A DNA stretch of 64,000 bases from Octopus vulgaris. Lineage: Eukaryota. The stretch covers positions 868,001 through 932,000 of the forward strand of contig OX597842.1 of NCBI GenBank assembly GCA_951406725.2. The letters are read 5' to 3'. Shown piece after piece: positions 53,293 to 64,000 of the stretch (position 1 is the stretch's first letter; each line of letters starts with the position of its first letter). The notes below the pieces were generated by a model. That model was not told the origin of the DNA. It did no database searches and saw nothing but the letters and a program-made list of their open reading frames with translations. Both the position numbers and the translations under genes were made by a program.

Positions 53293-53802
53293 TATTTACA
53301 TGCATATATGTGTGTGTGTGTACACACACACTGTATATGTATGAATATAAATATAAACTGTATGTGTGTATATAATATATATGTATATATATGTATGTGT
53401 AGACATATATATATATACACACACACACATATATATCTATATATATTTATATATACAGACATATCTATATATACACATATATATATATACATATATATAC
53501 ACAGACACACACACATGTATATATATACAGACACATATATAGAGTTTGTATGTGTATACATATATATATATATACACATACATATATACACATACACATA
53601 TATATACATATTATATACACATACACACATGCACATATATATATATACACATATAAATATCTATATGTATATAATATCAGTAAAAATAATAAGGATTGAG
53701 GCAAAGTAGCATTAGCATCACCTTTAATTCCTTTTTAAAGATAAATACTGCCTCAGACAGACCAACATATGTTTCGACTGCATTGCTTAGTAATACATAT
53801 AT

Positions 53803-54900
53803 ATTGGGTCATCCCATAAATAATACAAGAACTAAAAGTCGGAGGGGGACAGGATATACTTATTTCTGTATTACCCACAAGGGGCTAAACATAGAGGGGA
53901 CAAACAAGGCCAGACTTAAGTATTAATTCGATTCCATCAACCCCAGTGCATAACTGGTACTTATTTAATCGACCCCGAAAGGATGAAAGGCAAAGTCGAC
54001 CTCAGCGGAATTCGAACTCAGAACATAGCAGCATAGGAAATACCGCTAAGCATTTCGCCAGGTGTGCTAACGATTCTGCCAGCTCGCCGCAGTATATACC
54101 ACCTGCATTAACTTGCTTTAAAAGCAGGTAGTAAGTTTACCTTATCCTTATTCTTAGTTCCAGTTTTGAAGAGTGCAGTTCGATTTTAACAGCTATTTTT
54201 TCAAAGTTATAATGGAAGTGGCAAAGGAGCATATTTGGCATATTTTGCTTTATGAGTTCAATAAAGGCGCAGGAGTGGCTGTGTGGTAAGTAGCTTGCTA
54301 ACGAACCACATGGTTCCGGGTTCAGTCCCACTGCGTGGCATCTTGGGCAAGTGTCTTCTACTATAGCCCCGGGCTGACCAATGCCTTGTGAGTGGATTTG
54401 GTAGACGCAATGGAAAGTGCAAGGACTATTATTAATGCGGTATATGGGGATCGGACAATAAGGATAAGTCAGTGTCAATGAGGGTTCCAGAAATTCCGAG
54501 CCGGAAACTACAGCCTAGAAGACAAGCCTCATCCTGGAAGATCTGTAGAACTTGATGAGGATGAAGATACTTAGTTGAAGATACTTGCCCAAGGTGCCAC
54601 CCACTGAGACTGAACCTGGAACCATGTGGTTGGGAAGCAAGTTTCTTACCACACAGCCATGCTTGTGCCTATATATGATGGGCTTCCTGCAAACCCTGGT
54701 GGAACAAAATCCCATTGTAACTGTTGAGGAACTAGCAGAGAATCTTGGATTTGGTGATCCAACCATTCACTGACACCTGCGTGCCATCGGAAAAGTCAGC
54801 AAATTGGGTCAATGGGGTCCTCACAAACTTTCTGAGTCTAATCACATGTAGAGAGTGAATGTGTGCTCTTCTTTGCTGTCACATTTCACAGATGAACCTT
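53803..54900 (+). mobile_element. Mariner 5' half fragmented by three SINE insertions (53858-54090, 54265-54407, ~54575-54685)
   Basis: TA + TTGGGTCATCCCATAAATAA terminus; MEVAKEHIWHILLYEFNK...KFRAGNYSLEDKPHPGR...TVEELAENLG...KLGQWGPHKL (WVPHEL-like). Confidence 0.8.
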
Positions 54901-55141
54901 TGATTTTGTGTGTGTGTTGTGTTTGTCATCATCACAGCTTAACAACTGGCGTTGGTGTATTTACATCCCCATAACTTAGCGGTTTGGCAAAAAAGACCGA
55001 TAGAATAAGTACCAGGCTTTAAAAAGAAATAAATACTGGGGTTGATTCATTCGGCTAAAAACCCCCCAAGGTGATGCTCCAGCATGGCCGCAGTTTGCAA
55101 CATGTAATAGAATAAAAAGAATATATTTATATATATATGCT

Positions 55142-55475
55142 GAGACCCCCTTCGGTCATGACTGATGCACTGCTCCTAGAGAGTTACCCTCCCAGGCACA
55201 AGTCCGGACAAAATTGTTTATGGAAGACCAGCAGTCACCCATGCATACTGGCCTCCCCCCTCCACACCACCAGTGTTATCCAAGGGAAAGGCAAAGGGGC
55301 CGATACAGCTTGGCATCAGTGATGTTGCAACTCATTTCTACAGCTGAGTGAACTGGAGCAATGTGAAATAAAGTGTCTTGCTCAAGAACACAACATGCAG
55401 CCCGGTCCGGGATTTGAACTCACGACTTCACGATCGTAAGCTCAACACTCTAACCACTGAGCCATGTACCTTCAC
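55142..55475 (-). mobile_element. tRNA-derived SINE family C
   Basis: Minus-strand head TGGCTCAGTGGTTAGAG...GAGTTCAAATCCC, TTCTTGAGCAAGACACTT; second copy at 56940-57408. Confidence 0.8.
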
Positions 55476-55503
55476 ATATAAATATATATATATATTTATA
55501 TAT

Positions 55504-55900
55504 CATAACATATAATTGCCAAGCAAATGTGGTGTTGTATACAGGACAGTGTTACTGACATTTATAGCCCCAGGAAGACATCTCTTCCAGCTGGCTATGT
55601 GATACACACAGACTTGGGTTTCTGAATAGTTACCTGTCCTCAGCCTGTGTTTATCACCAGCTAGTGTTGAAAACTCACCCTACTTGCAAAATACTATATG
55701 CTTTTTCCAGCAACAAACCATCGCTGATCTCGAAAAAGGGGAAATAAGTTATATTAAATCTCTGAGCGAGTCGTAAACAGTAGCAATATGGAATCGTAAC
55801 ATATAATTGCCAACCAAGTGTGGCATCCTGTACAGGACAGTGCTACTGATGTTTATAGCCCTAGGAAGACATCTCTTCCATCTGGCTAACGACATATTCT
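55504..55900. repeat. ~100-bp diverged direct repeat, 293 bp apart
   Basis: TAACATATAATTGCCAA...ACAGGACAGTG...TTTATAGCCC...GGAAGACATCTCTTCCA.CTGGCTA at ~55506 and ~55797. Confidence 0.7.
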
Positions 55901-55989
55901 GTATGTCGTTATCATATTCTTCCACTGACCTTCAGAGAAGACTATGAGCTCAACTACAGCCCTCCTGAACGAGGAACACATCTACAAAA

Positions 55990-56365
55990 GTCATTGGTTC
56001 CCAACAAATTTTTACCTTATGGACCCCTTTGATTATGATTTTATTTTGATGGACCCCTATAGTCATTCGATGTTTAAAACCCAGTTTGTAGCAACTTCTT
56101 TCAAAATTCCTCTTTTGCTCATCACACACCTAACTTGTGTAGACTGAATTATGTAAACTGTTAGAGAAGGAAACCCTGATGTTTCTTGCGATTCGTACCA
56201 ATACATACATCTAAAGCAGAGGTTCTCAACCATTTCTTATCTATGGACCTCTTTGATTACTATTTCATTCTGGTGGACCCTCATCAACATTAGATGTTTA
56301 AAACTTAGTTTTATAAAAAACTTCTCTCAAAATTTTTATTTTGTTTTTCACCCATTAACCTGTGA
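55990..56365. mobile_element. Two tandem remnants of a probable hAT-type MITE
   Basis: CAGAGGTTCTCAACC terminus at 56217 and repeated ATGGACC subterminal motifs. Confidence 0.4.
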
Positions 56366-56369
56366 TGTA

Positions 56370-56795
56370 TTGGGTTGTCTGGAAAGTTCAGGCTGATTTA
56401 GAGTAGCTTACCTTGGTTGGGTTCATAAAATAGGATTTCACTACACCTCCATTCAGAGCACAATTTAAGCTATCTTTTTGTGGAAGAAGGTTTATGTTCC
56501 TATAACCTGTGTTAATTCTGTAACCCTTTAAAATTCAAGATAAGAATGTTCATTTTTGGCACTTGATGCTTTGGGAACCAGACAAAAATTGCTGCAGCTC
56601 GGCTGGGATGTGTTACTCCACCCTCCATATTCACCAGATATTGCTCCTTCGGATTTCCACTTATTCAGGTCCCTGCAGAATAGTCTTAATGGTAAAAATT
56701 TCAATTCCTTGGATGACGTAAAAAGATACCTTGATGAATTCTTTGCCATGCAACCACCTCAATTCTGGGAAGCGGGTATTTTCAAGTTAAAGGAC
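56370..56795 (+). mobile_element. Internally deleted mariner, same deletion as 45180-45688
   Basis: Same terminus and GCACTTGATGCTTTG|GGAACCAGAC junction; YSPDIAPSDFHLF. Confidence 0.85.
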
Positions 56796-56939
56796 TGAAA
56801 TTACATTCAAGCATCCATCACAAATAGGTGTATCTTCTTTTATTTTTAAACTAGCTTTTCTTTTCCTCATTTTTATTTCTATTTAAATCTTTTCCTTCAA
56901 ATATATATCAAAATTGACAGGAGTGACCATGATTGAAGG

Positions 56940-57408
56940 AGAGACCCCCTTTGGTCATGAATGACCATGGGATTGCACCTAGAAAGTTACCCTCCCAGGC
57001 ACAAGTCCAAGCAAGGTTGTTTATGGAAGATCAGCATTCACCCATGCATACCAGCCTTCCCTCTCCATGCTGTTAAAGACCCCCTTCGGTCGTGACTGAC
57101 CATGGAATTGCACCTGGAAAGTTCCCCTCCGAGGCGGAAGTCCAGGTTGTTTATGGAAGACTATCAGTTGCCTATGCATACCGGCCTCCCCTCTCCATTC
57201 CACCAATGTTATCCAAGGGAAAGGCAAAGGGGCCGATATAGCTTGGCACCTGTGATGTCGCAACTCATTTCTACAGCTGAGTGAACTGGAGCAATGTGAA
57301 ATAAAGTGTCTTGCTCAAGAACACAATACGCAGCCTGGTCCAGGAATTGAACTCACAACCTCACGATCGTAAGCTCTACACTCTAACCACTGAGCCATGT
57401 GCCTTCAC
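56940..57408 (-). mobile_element. SINE family C with duplicated 3' segment
   Basis: GACCCCCTT(T/C)GGTC...CCCTCTCCA unit occurs twice; head ends at ~57408. Confidence 0.8.
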
Positions 57409-58049
57409 AACCATGATTATTATTATTATTATTATTATTGGTGGTGAGCTGGCAGAATCATTTGCATGCTGGACGAAATGCATTGTGGTATTTCGTCTGC
57501 TGTTACGTTCTGAGTTAAAATTCCACCAAGGTCAACTTTGCCTTTCATCCTTTGGGAGTTGATAAATTAAGTACCAGTTGAACAATAGGGGTCAATGTAA
57601 TCGACTCATCCTCACCAACCTGCCCTTGTGGCAATAAAAAATTTTAAACTATTATTATTATTATTGTTGAAGGCATTGAGCAGGCAGAATCATTAGCGCA
57701 CTGGACAAAATGCTTAATGGTATTTTGTCTGTCGCTATGTTCTGAGTTCAAATTCTGCCAAGGTTGACTTTGCCTTTCATCCTCCTGGGGTCGATAAAAT
57801 AAGTACCAGCTGAACACTGGGGTGCATGTAATAGCCTCATCCCCACCTCCCACAAGCTGCCCTTGTGACAAAAATTTGAAATAATTATTATCATTATCAT
57901 GATATGTGGGGATCTTGTGAGGGTGAATAACATTGTATACCAATACCAAAGGATTGTGACTTAGCTGTTTCTTGCAATAGATACACTTAGAATACTACTG
58001 TGGATCCCTGGTTTACTATTTTGCTAGTGTGGACCCAGTGAAGGTGCAT

Positions 58050-58945
58050 GGGATCAACTTAGCATTCAATTCTTTTGGGGTTGACTTAACCTTCAGTCCT
58101 TTTGGGGTCAACTTTGCCTTGAATCCTTTTGGGGTTGACTTAGCCTTCCATCCTTTTGGGGTCAACTTTGCCTTCCATCCTTTTGGGGTTGACTTAGCCT
58201 TCTATTCTTTTGGGGTCAACTTTGCCTTCCATCCTTTTGGGGTTGACTTAGCCTTCCATCCTTTTGGTGTCAACTTTGCCTTCCATCCTTTTGGGGTTGA
58301 CTTAGCCTTCTATTCTTTTGGGGTGGACTTTGCCTTCAATTCTTTTGGGGTCGACTTAGCCTTGAATCCTTTTGGGGTTGACTTAGCTTTCCATCCTTTT
58401 GGGGTCGACTTAGCCTTCCATCCGTTTGGGGTTGACTTAGCCTTCCATCTGTTTGGGGTTGACTTAGCCTTCAATTCTTTTGAGGTCAATAAATTAAGTA
58501 CCAGTGGAGCACTGGGGGTTGATGTAACTGAATCTCCCCTCTCCCAAATTCCAGGGGGTTGACTTAGCCTTCAATTCTTTTGGGGTCGACTTAGCTTTCC
58601 ATCCTTTTGGGGTCAACTTATCCTTCCATCCTTTTGGGGTCGATGTTGCCTTCCATCCTTTTGGGGTCAATAAATTAAGTACCAGTGGAGCACTGGGGGT
58701 CGATGTAACTGAATCTCCCCTCTCCCAAATTCCAGGGGGTTGACTTAGCCTTCAATTCTTTTGGGGTCGACTTAGCTTTCCATCCTTTTGGGGTCAACTT
58801 ATCCTTCCATCCTTTTGGGGTCGATGTTGCCTTCCATCCTTTTGGGGTCAATAAATTAAGTACCAGTGGAGCACTGGGGGTCGATGTAACTGAATCTCCC
58901 CTCTCCCAAATTCCAGGCCTTGTGGTAATAGTAGAATGGATTATT
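58050..58945 (+). repeat. SINE B core amplified into a 27-bp minisatellite plus 181-bp higher-order repeats
   Basis: Unit TTTTGGGGTTGACTTAGCCTTCCATCC ~16 times to 58490; CCAGG boundaries at 58551, 58732 and 58913. Confidence 0.92.
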
Positions 58946-59026
58946 ATCTTTATTACCCTGGGGTCAATGTAATCAACAAGTCCCCTCCTCCCAAAACTTC
59001 AGGCCTTGAGCCTTTAGCAGAAAGGA

Positions 59027-59061
<35 letters not shown>

Positions 59062-59219
59062 GTAAATTTGTGAAGGAATGGTTGACTCTTAGCTGTGATG
59101 AAGTTCGTTTATTGACTTCCAACCGTTTTGTAAATCAGCAAACCAGTTCTTTGCTGCGACAATGTACATTTACTGCAGATTTACTGTGTCACTTTTCAGT
59201 ATATACCAGTCATATATAT

Positions 59220-59419
59220 ATTATTTACATTCGATGGATATTTGTCCTCATCTTGTTTGTTGTTAACACAGCGTTACGGCTGATATATCCTCCAGCCTTC
59301 ATCAGGTGTCTTGGGGAAATTTCAAACTTGGGTTCTCATTGCTAAGGTATTTTTCGATATTACTATAATTATTATTATCATTATTATTATTATTAATATT
59401 ATTATGATTATTATTATTA

Positions 59420-59482
<63 letters not shown>

Positions 59483-59511
59483 TCACTGCCTGGAATCAAA
59501 CTCGGAATCTT
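59220..59511 (-). mobile_element. SINE family D (5'-truncated) with expanded (AAT)n and hammerhead-like 3' part
   Basis: Reverse complement of 50225-50614; GACAC-CTGATGA-A-GGCTG...CAGCC-GTAA-CGCT-GTGTT. Confidence 0.65.
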
Positions 59512-59600
59512 AACCTGAATAATTAGAATATTGAAAAATACATCAGCTAATAAAAGAAATCCACCTCCTCCTCCTCCTCCTCATCATCATCATCATTATT

Positions 59601-60357
59601 ATTACCTCTGCCTTAATGAAGGCAGAGGTATTGTTTTCAGTCATGTTTGTTTGTCCATGGACAACATATCACAAGAACCAATGGATGGATTTGGATGAAA
59701 CTTTCAGGTATGATTGGCCTCGTGACTGTCATGAACTGATTGGATTTGGGGATTGATCAGATACTGGACAAAAATTCTGGATTATTTTTCCTGTTTTTTT
59801 TTTACTTACTTTTGAGACCGGTCAGGTTCATTTTTAGTATTCTCATTTGTGAGAGCAGTTGAGTTTATTTCAGATATTCTCATTTTAAATACCATCTCTG
59901 GTTAATCATTGAGAAGACGTTGGTGTTGCTTTGGTGAAAGTTTGCACCCTCCAAGTGCTCTTGTCATACATTATAATCATTATTATTATTATTACCTCCG
60001 TTTAGCAAAGGTGGAGGTATTCTTTTCAGTCGCATTTGTTTGTTTGTCTGTGGACAAGATATCTCAAGAACCGAAGGATGGATTTGGATGAAACTTTCAG
60101 GGATATTTGGCCTCATGACTGGCATGAACTGATTAGATTTTGGGATCAATCCAGCAAAGGACAAGGATTCTGGATTATTTTCCCCTTTATATTTACTTAA
60201 TTTTTGAGAGCAGTCAGGTTCATTTTTATTATTCTCATTTCTGAGAGAGGTTGACTTTATTTCAGATAGTCTCATTTTAAAAATCATCTCTGGCTAATCA
60301 TTGAGAGGACGTTGGTATTGCCTTGGCAGAGGTCTGCGCTCTCTGAGTGCTCTTGTT
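59601..60357 (+). mobile_element. Two head-to-tail Helentron/HINE-like elements (59601-59964, 59991-60357)
   Basis: Same architecture as 19471-19840; ends GGCAGAGGTCTGCGCTCTCTGAGTGCTCTTGTT. Confidence 0.6.
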
Positions 60358-60692
60358 ATATATTATTACCAATATTATTATCATCATTATTATTATTATT
60401 ATTGCACTTCATATAATGTCACTTCTACTTTGTTTCATTCAAGTTATATAACTTGTGTGTGGCTCCGTTTTCGCCATTTCTTTTTATAACACTTTATGTC
60501 TCTTCTTGTTGTTGATGCTGTTGTCGTTAGAGTAGCTGGTGGCAAAGAGATTTATTTTTATCTGAACCTGTGTATGTGTGTGTTTGTGTCTGTGTGTATG
60601 TGCATGCGTAGGCGGGTGGATGGGACAGAATAAGTGTGTGCGAGTGTGTGTTTGTATATACAGAGTCTGTGTGTGTAAGCATTTTGTTTCCT

Positions 60693-60730
<38 letters not shown>

Positions 60731-60754
60731 TGTATGTATATATACATATATATA

Positions 60755-60800
<46 letters not shown>

Positions 60801-61095
60801 TGTATGTATGTATATATGTGTATGTGTGTATATATATATACACATACAAATATATAAATATGTGTGTGTGTACGCGCGTGTATACATACACACACACATA
60901 CATATATATATTGACAGAATATTCCGAAATTATTTTTTTCCATCCCCACCTCCATCATCATCCCCCAATCAGGGTGGATTTGGTGGGGGTACAGTGAGTC
61001 CTCCGATATCCATCTGAATTCTTTTTCTTTATTTGCATATTAGATTTTGGTGAGTGCCATGTGACTGGTCATGATGTTTCTTTCATTAGATCTTC

Positions 61096-61176
<81 letters not shown>

Positions 61177-61234
61177 TATATATGTATATATGTATGTATA
61201 TATATATATATATATGTGTATATATGTATGTATG

Positions 61235-61266
<32 letters not shown>

Positions 61267-61699
61267 TATATATGTGTGTGTGTGTACATATATATATATA
61301 TATACATGTGCATATATATGGTATGTGTGTGTGTATATAAGTATATATATATATATATACACACACATATGTGTATATATATATATATATATATGTCTGC
61401 AAAAGCATAAACCTATATAAATGTATATACATATTACATACATATATTTATACACACACATATATACACATATATCAACATAAATACATATATATGTATA
61501 CAGATATATACATGCACATGATGAAATTCATTTATTGATAGACATCTAAACATTCACATACATATATGTATACCTGCATATATATATACATATATATATA
61601 TGCATATCCATATATACATACACAAGCAAAAAAATATACATGTACATACAGATGTACGTACATTCAAAGCACATAAAAAATATGCACATACATATACGT

Positions 61700-62206
<507 letters not shown>

Positions 62207-62363
62207 ATATCATTCTATTCAGTGCATGTTTGCAGCATCATTTTGTCAGTTACTGTCAGAGTACCCCAGGGTATATATATAATGATAGATACCTAGCTCT
62301 CACATACTGGGGTATGTATACGATTTTGGATTAAGCTTTATAACACTGACACTGGGTTGTGTC

Positions 62364-62399
<36 letters not shown>

Positions 62400-63022
62400 G
62401 GTAAATGTATTTCTGAAGTGTTTGTGTTCATGATTTTATCATTATATGTCTATTTATGTATACACACATGTATATATATATATACACTCATATATATACA
62501 CACATAATATATGTATATGAATACTAAACTTATATATGATTATATATATATCTATATATATTTTCACACACACACACACACAAACATGTGTATATACACA
62601 TTTGTACATTTATATATATATATAGGTATATACATACATATGTGTATACATACATGTCTGTGTGTATATATACACATGCTCACACAAATTTATACACGTG
62701 TATATGTGAGTGCATCTATATATATATATATACATATATATTTATATATACACATCCATACATGTTTGTACATACATATATTCACACACACTCAAATATA
62801 TATACACATATATATACACTTTCTCTTTCTCTCACACATTTACACACATACACACACACATATTCAGAAGCTCACACTTGCATACCCAGATAATATTGCT
62901 AAATTACAATATAAGAACATTGTCCATGTCTCCGGAGTTCCGAGGTGGATGTAGGCAGACATAGAAGCTGACAGTTATTTAATATAAGAAACACATTCAA
63001 ATATACTGGCCTATCACCTTAC

Positions 63023-63066
63023 CATTGTCTTGGAGAGAGATTGCTGCCTGGTGATGCCATGATGTT
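63023..63066 (-). other. Candidate micro-exon (44 bp)
   Basis: ccttctaacctaaccAG (branch-like CTAAC) | AACATC...CAATG | GTAAGG; reads NIMASPGSNLSPRQ or HHGITRQQSLSKTM. Confidence 0.25.
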
Positions 63067-63272
63067 CTGGTTAGGTTAGAAGGCGCGAAACACTATATAT
63101 TATATCGTAATATATTGTAGCAACATACATATATACACACACACATACATATAAACATATGTATATATATATATAAAACCACATGTAAATAAATACTGAG
63201 GTGTATGGATATGTATGTATATACATGTGCAAACTTATACACATGTGCGTGTGTGTGTGTGCGTATGAGAAT

Positions 63273-63310
<38 letters not shown>

Positions 63311-63375
63311 GTGCATGCATGTGTGTGTATGTGTGTGCATTTACACACATAGTTTATGTACTCGTATACATAAGT

Positions 63376-63615
63376 GAAGAAGAAGAGGAGGAGGAGGAGG
63401 AAGTGGAAGAGGAGGGAGGAAGAAAAGGAAGAAGAGGAAGAAGAAGAAGGGGAAGAAGAGGAGGGAGAAGAAGAGGAGGAAGGAGAAGAGGAGGAAGGAG
63501 AAGAAGAATTGGAAGAAGAAAAAGAAGAACAACAACAAGAAAAAAAGAGGAAGAAGAAAAGAGGAAGAAGACAAAAAGAGGAAGAAGAGACAAAGGAAGA
63601 AGAGGAAGGAGAAGA
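63376..63615. repeat. (GAA/GGA)n purine tract
   Basis: Direct inspection. Confidence 0.9.
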
Positions 63616-63865
63616 TACAAATATGATGAATGTGACAGTAACAAATTAAGAATTTAATTAAATTGATATATATATATACACACATATGCTTATATATATA
63701 AAGGTAATTTATACTATCAACTTTGTCTACATGGATGTCGTGTGAGTCTATATATATATATAGGTGTGTATAGATAAAATGTAGACTAGCAAATGCAGCC
63801 GGCAGTACTAAGGTATGGTATCAATGCAATATAATGCTTTGATATAGATACTGCATCACACATAC

Positions 63866-63895
63866 ATCAAGAATTGGCATCTCGCTCAGACATTC
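63866..63895 (-). other. Candidate micro-exon (30 bp, phase 0-0, ECLSEMPILD)
   Basis: ttattgcatttcactgcAG | GAATGT...CTTGAT | GTATGT; only one frame is open. Confidence 0.25.
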
Positions 63896-64000
63896 CTGCA
63901 GTGAAATGCAATAATGTCCAATTCTTCATTCAAGAACATCAGAAGAAACAATATTCTTGGTTCTGCCATATGATGCTCCATCAAAGAGACAACCAAGTTT

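Noticed and set aside
58029-58562. FGVDLAFHP repeat ORF (177 aa)
   Set aside because: 27-bp SINE-derived unit happens to be a multiple of three; no independent coding evidence.
63205-63685. Glu- and Arg-rich ORFs
   Set aside because: (GAA/GGA)n purine microsatellite.

Overview
Repeat-saturated, AT-rich metazoan genomic DNA with no intact host gene. The SINE, LINE and microsatellite repertoire suggests an octopus/cephalopod genome; this is inference, not a database result. The window holds very long microsatellites, a ~3.8-kb 32-bp minisatellite, more than 30 copies or fragments of at least four tRNA-derived SINE families, and 3' fragments of RTE and CR1 LINEs. It also holds a Neptune-type Penelope-like (PLE) GIY-YIG remnant, a full-length frameshifted Tc1-type DD36E transposon with perfect 30-bp TIRs, mariner/maT remnants, two non-autonomous Helitrons and Helentron-like elements. 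Nearly all long ORFs in the supplied track are low-complexity artefacts. Most notable: (i) several different minimal type-I hammerhead ribozyme motifs, one apparently intact (1697-1791, minus strand), and a tRNA-headed SINE with a hammerhead-like, PLE-type 3' part (possible PLE-mobilised SINE or retrozyme); (ii) fold-back structures, namely a perfect 102-bp palindrome, a 1.9-kb RTE-derived inverted repeat and an inverted repeat enclosing an exon-like island; (iii) repeated conversion of TE 3' ends into tandem arrays; (iv) scattered, mostly minus-strand exon-like islands that may belong to a large unidentified gene.
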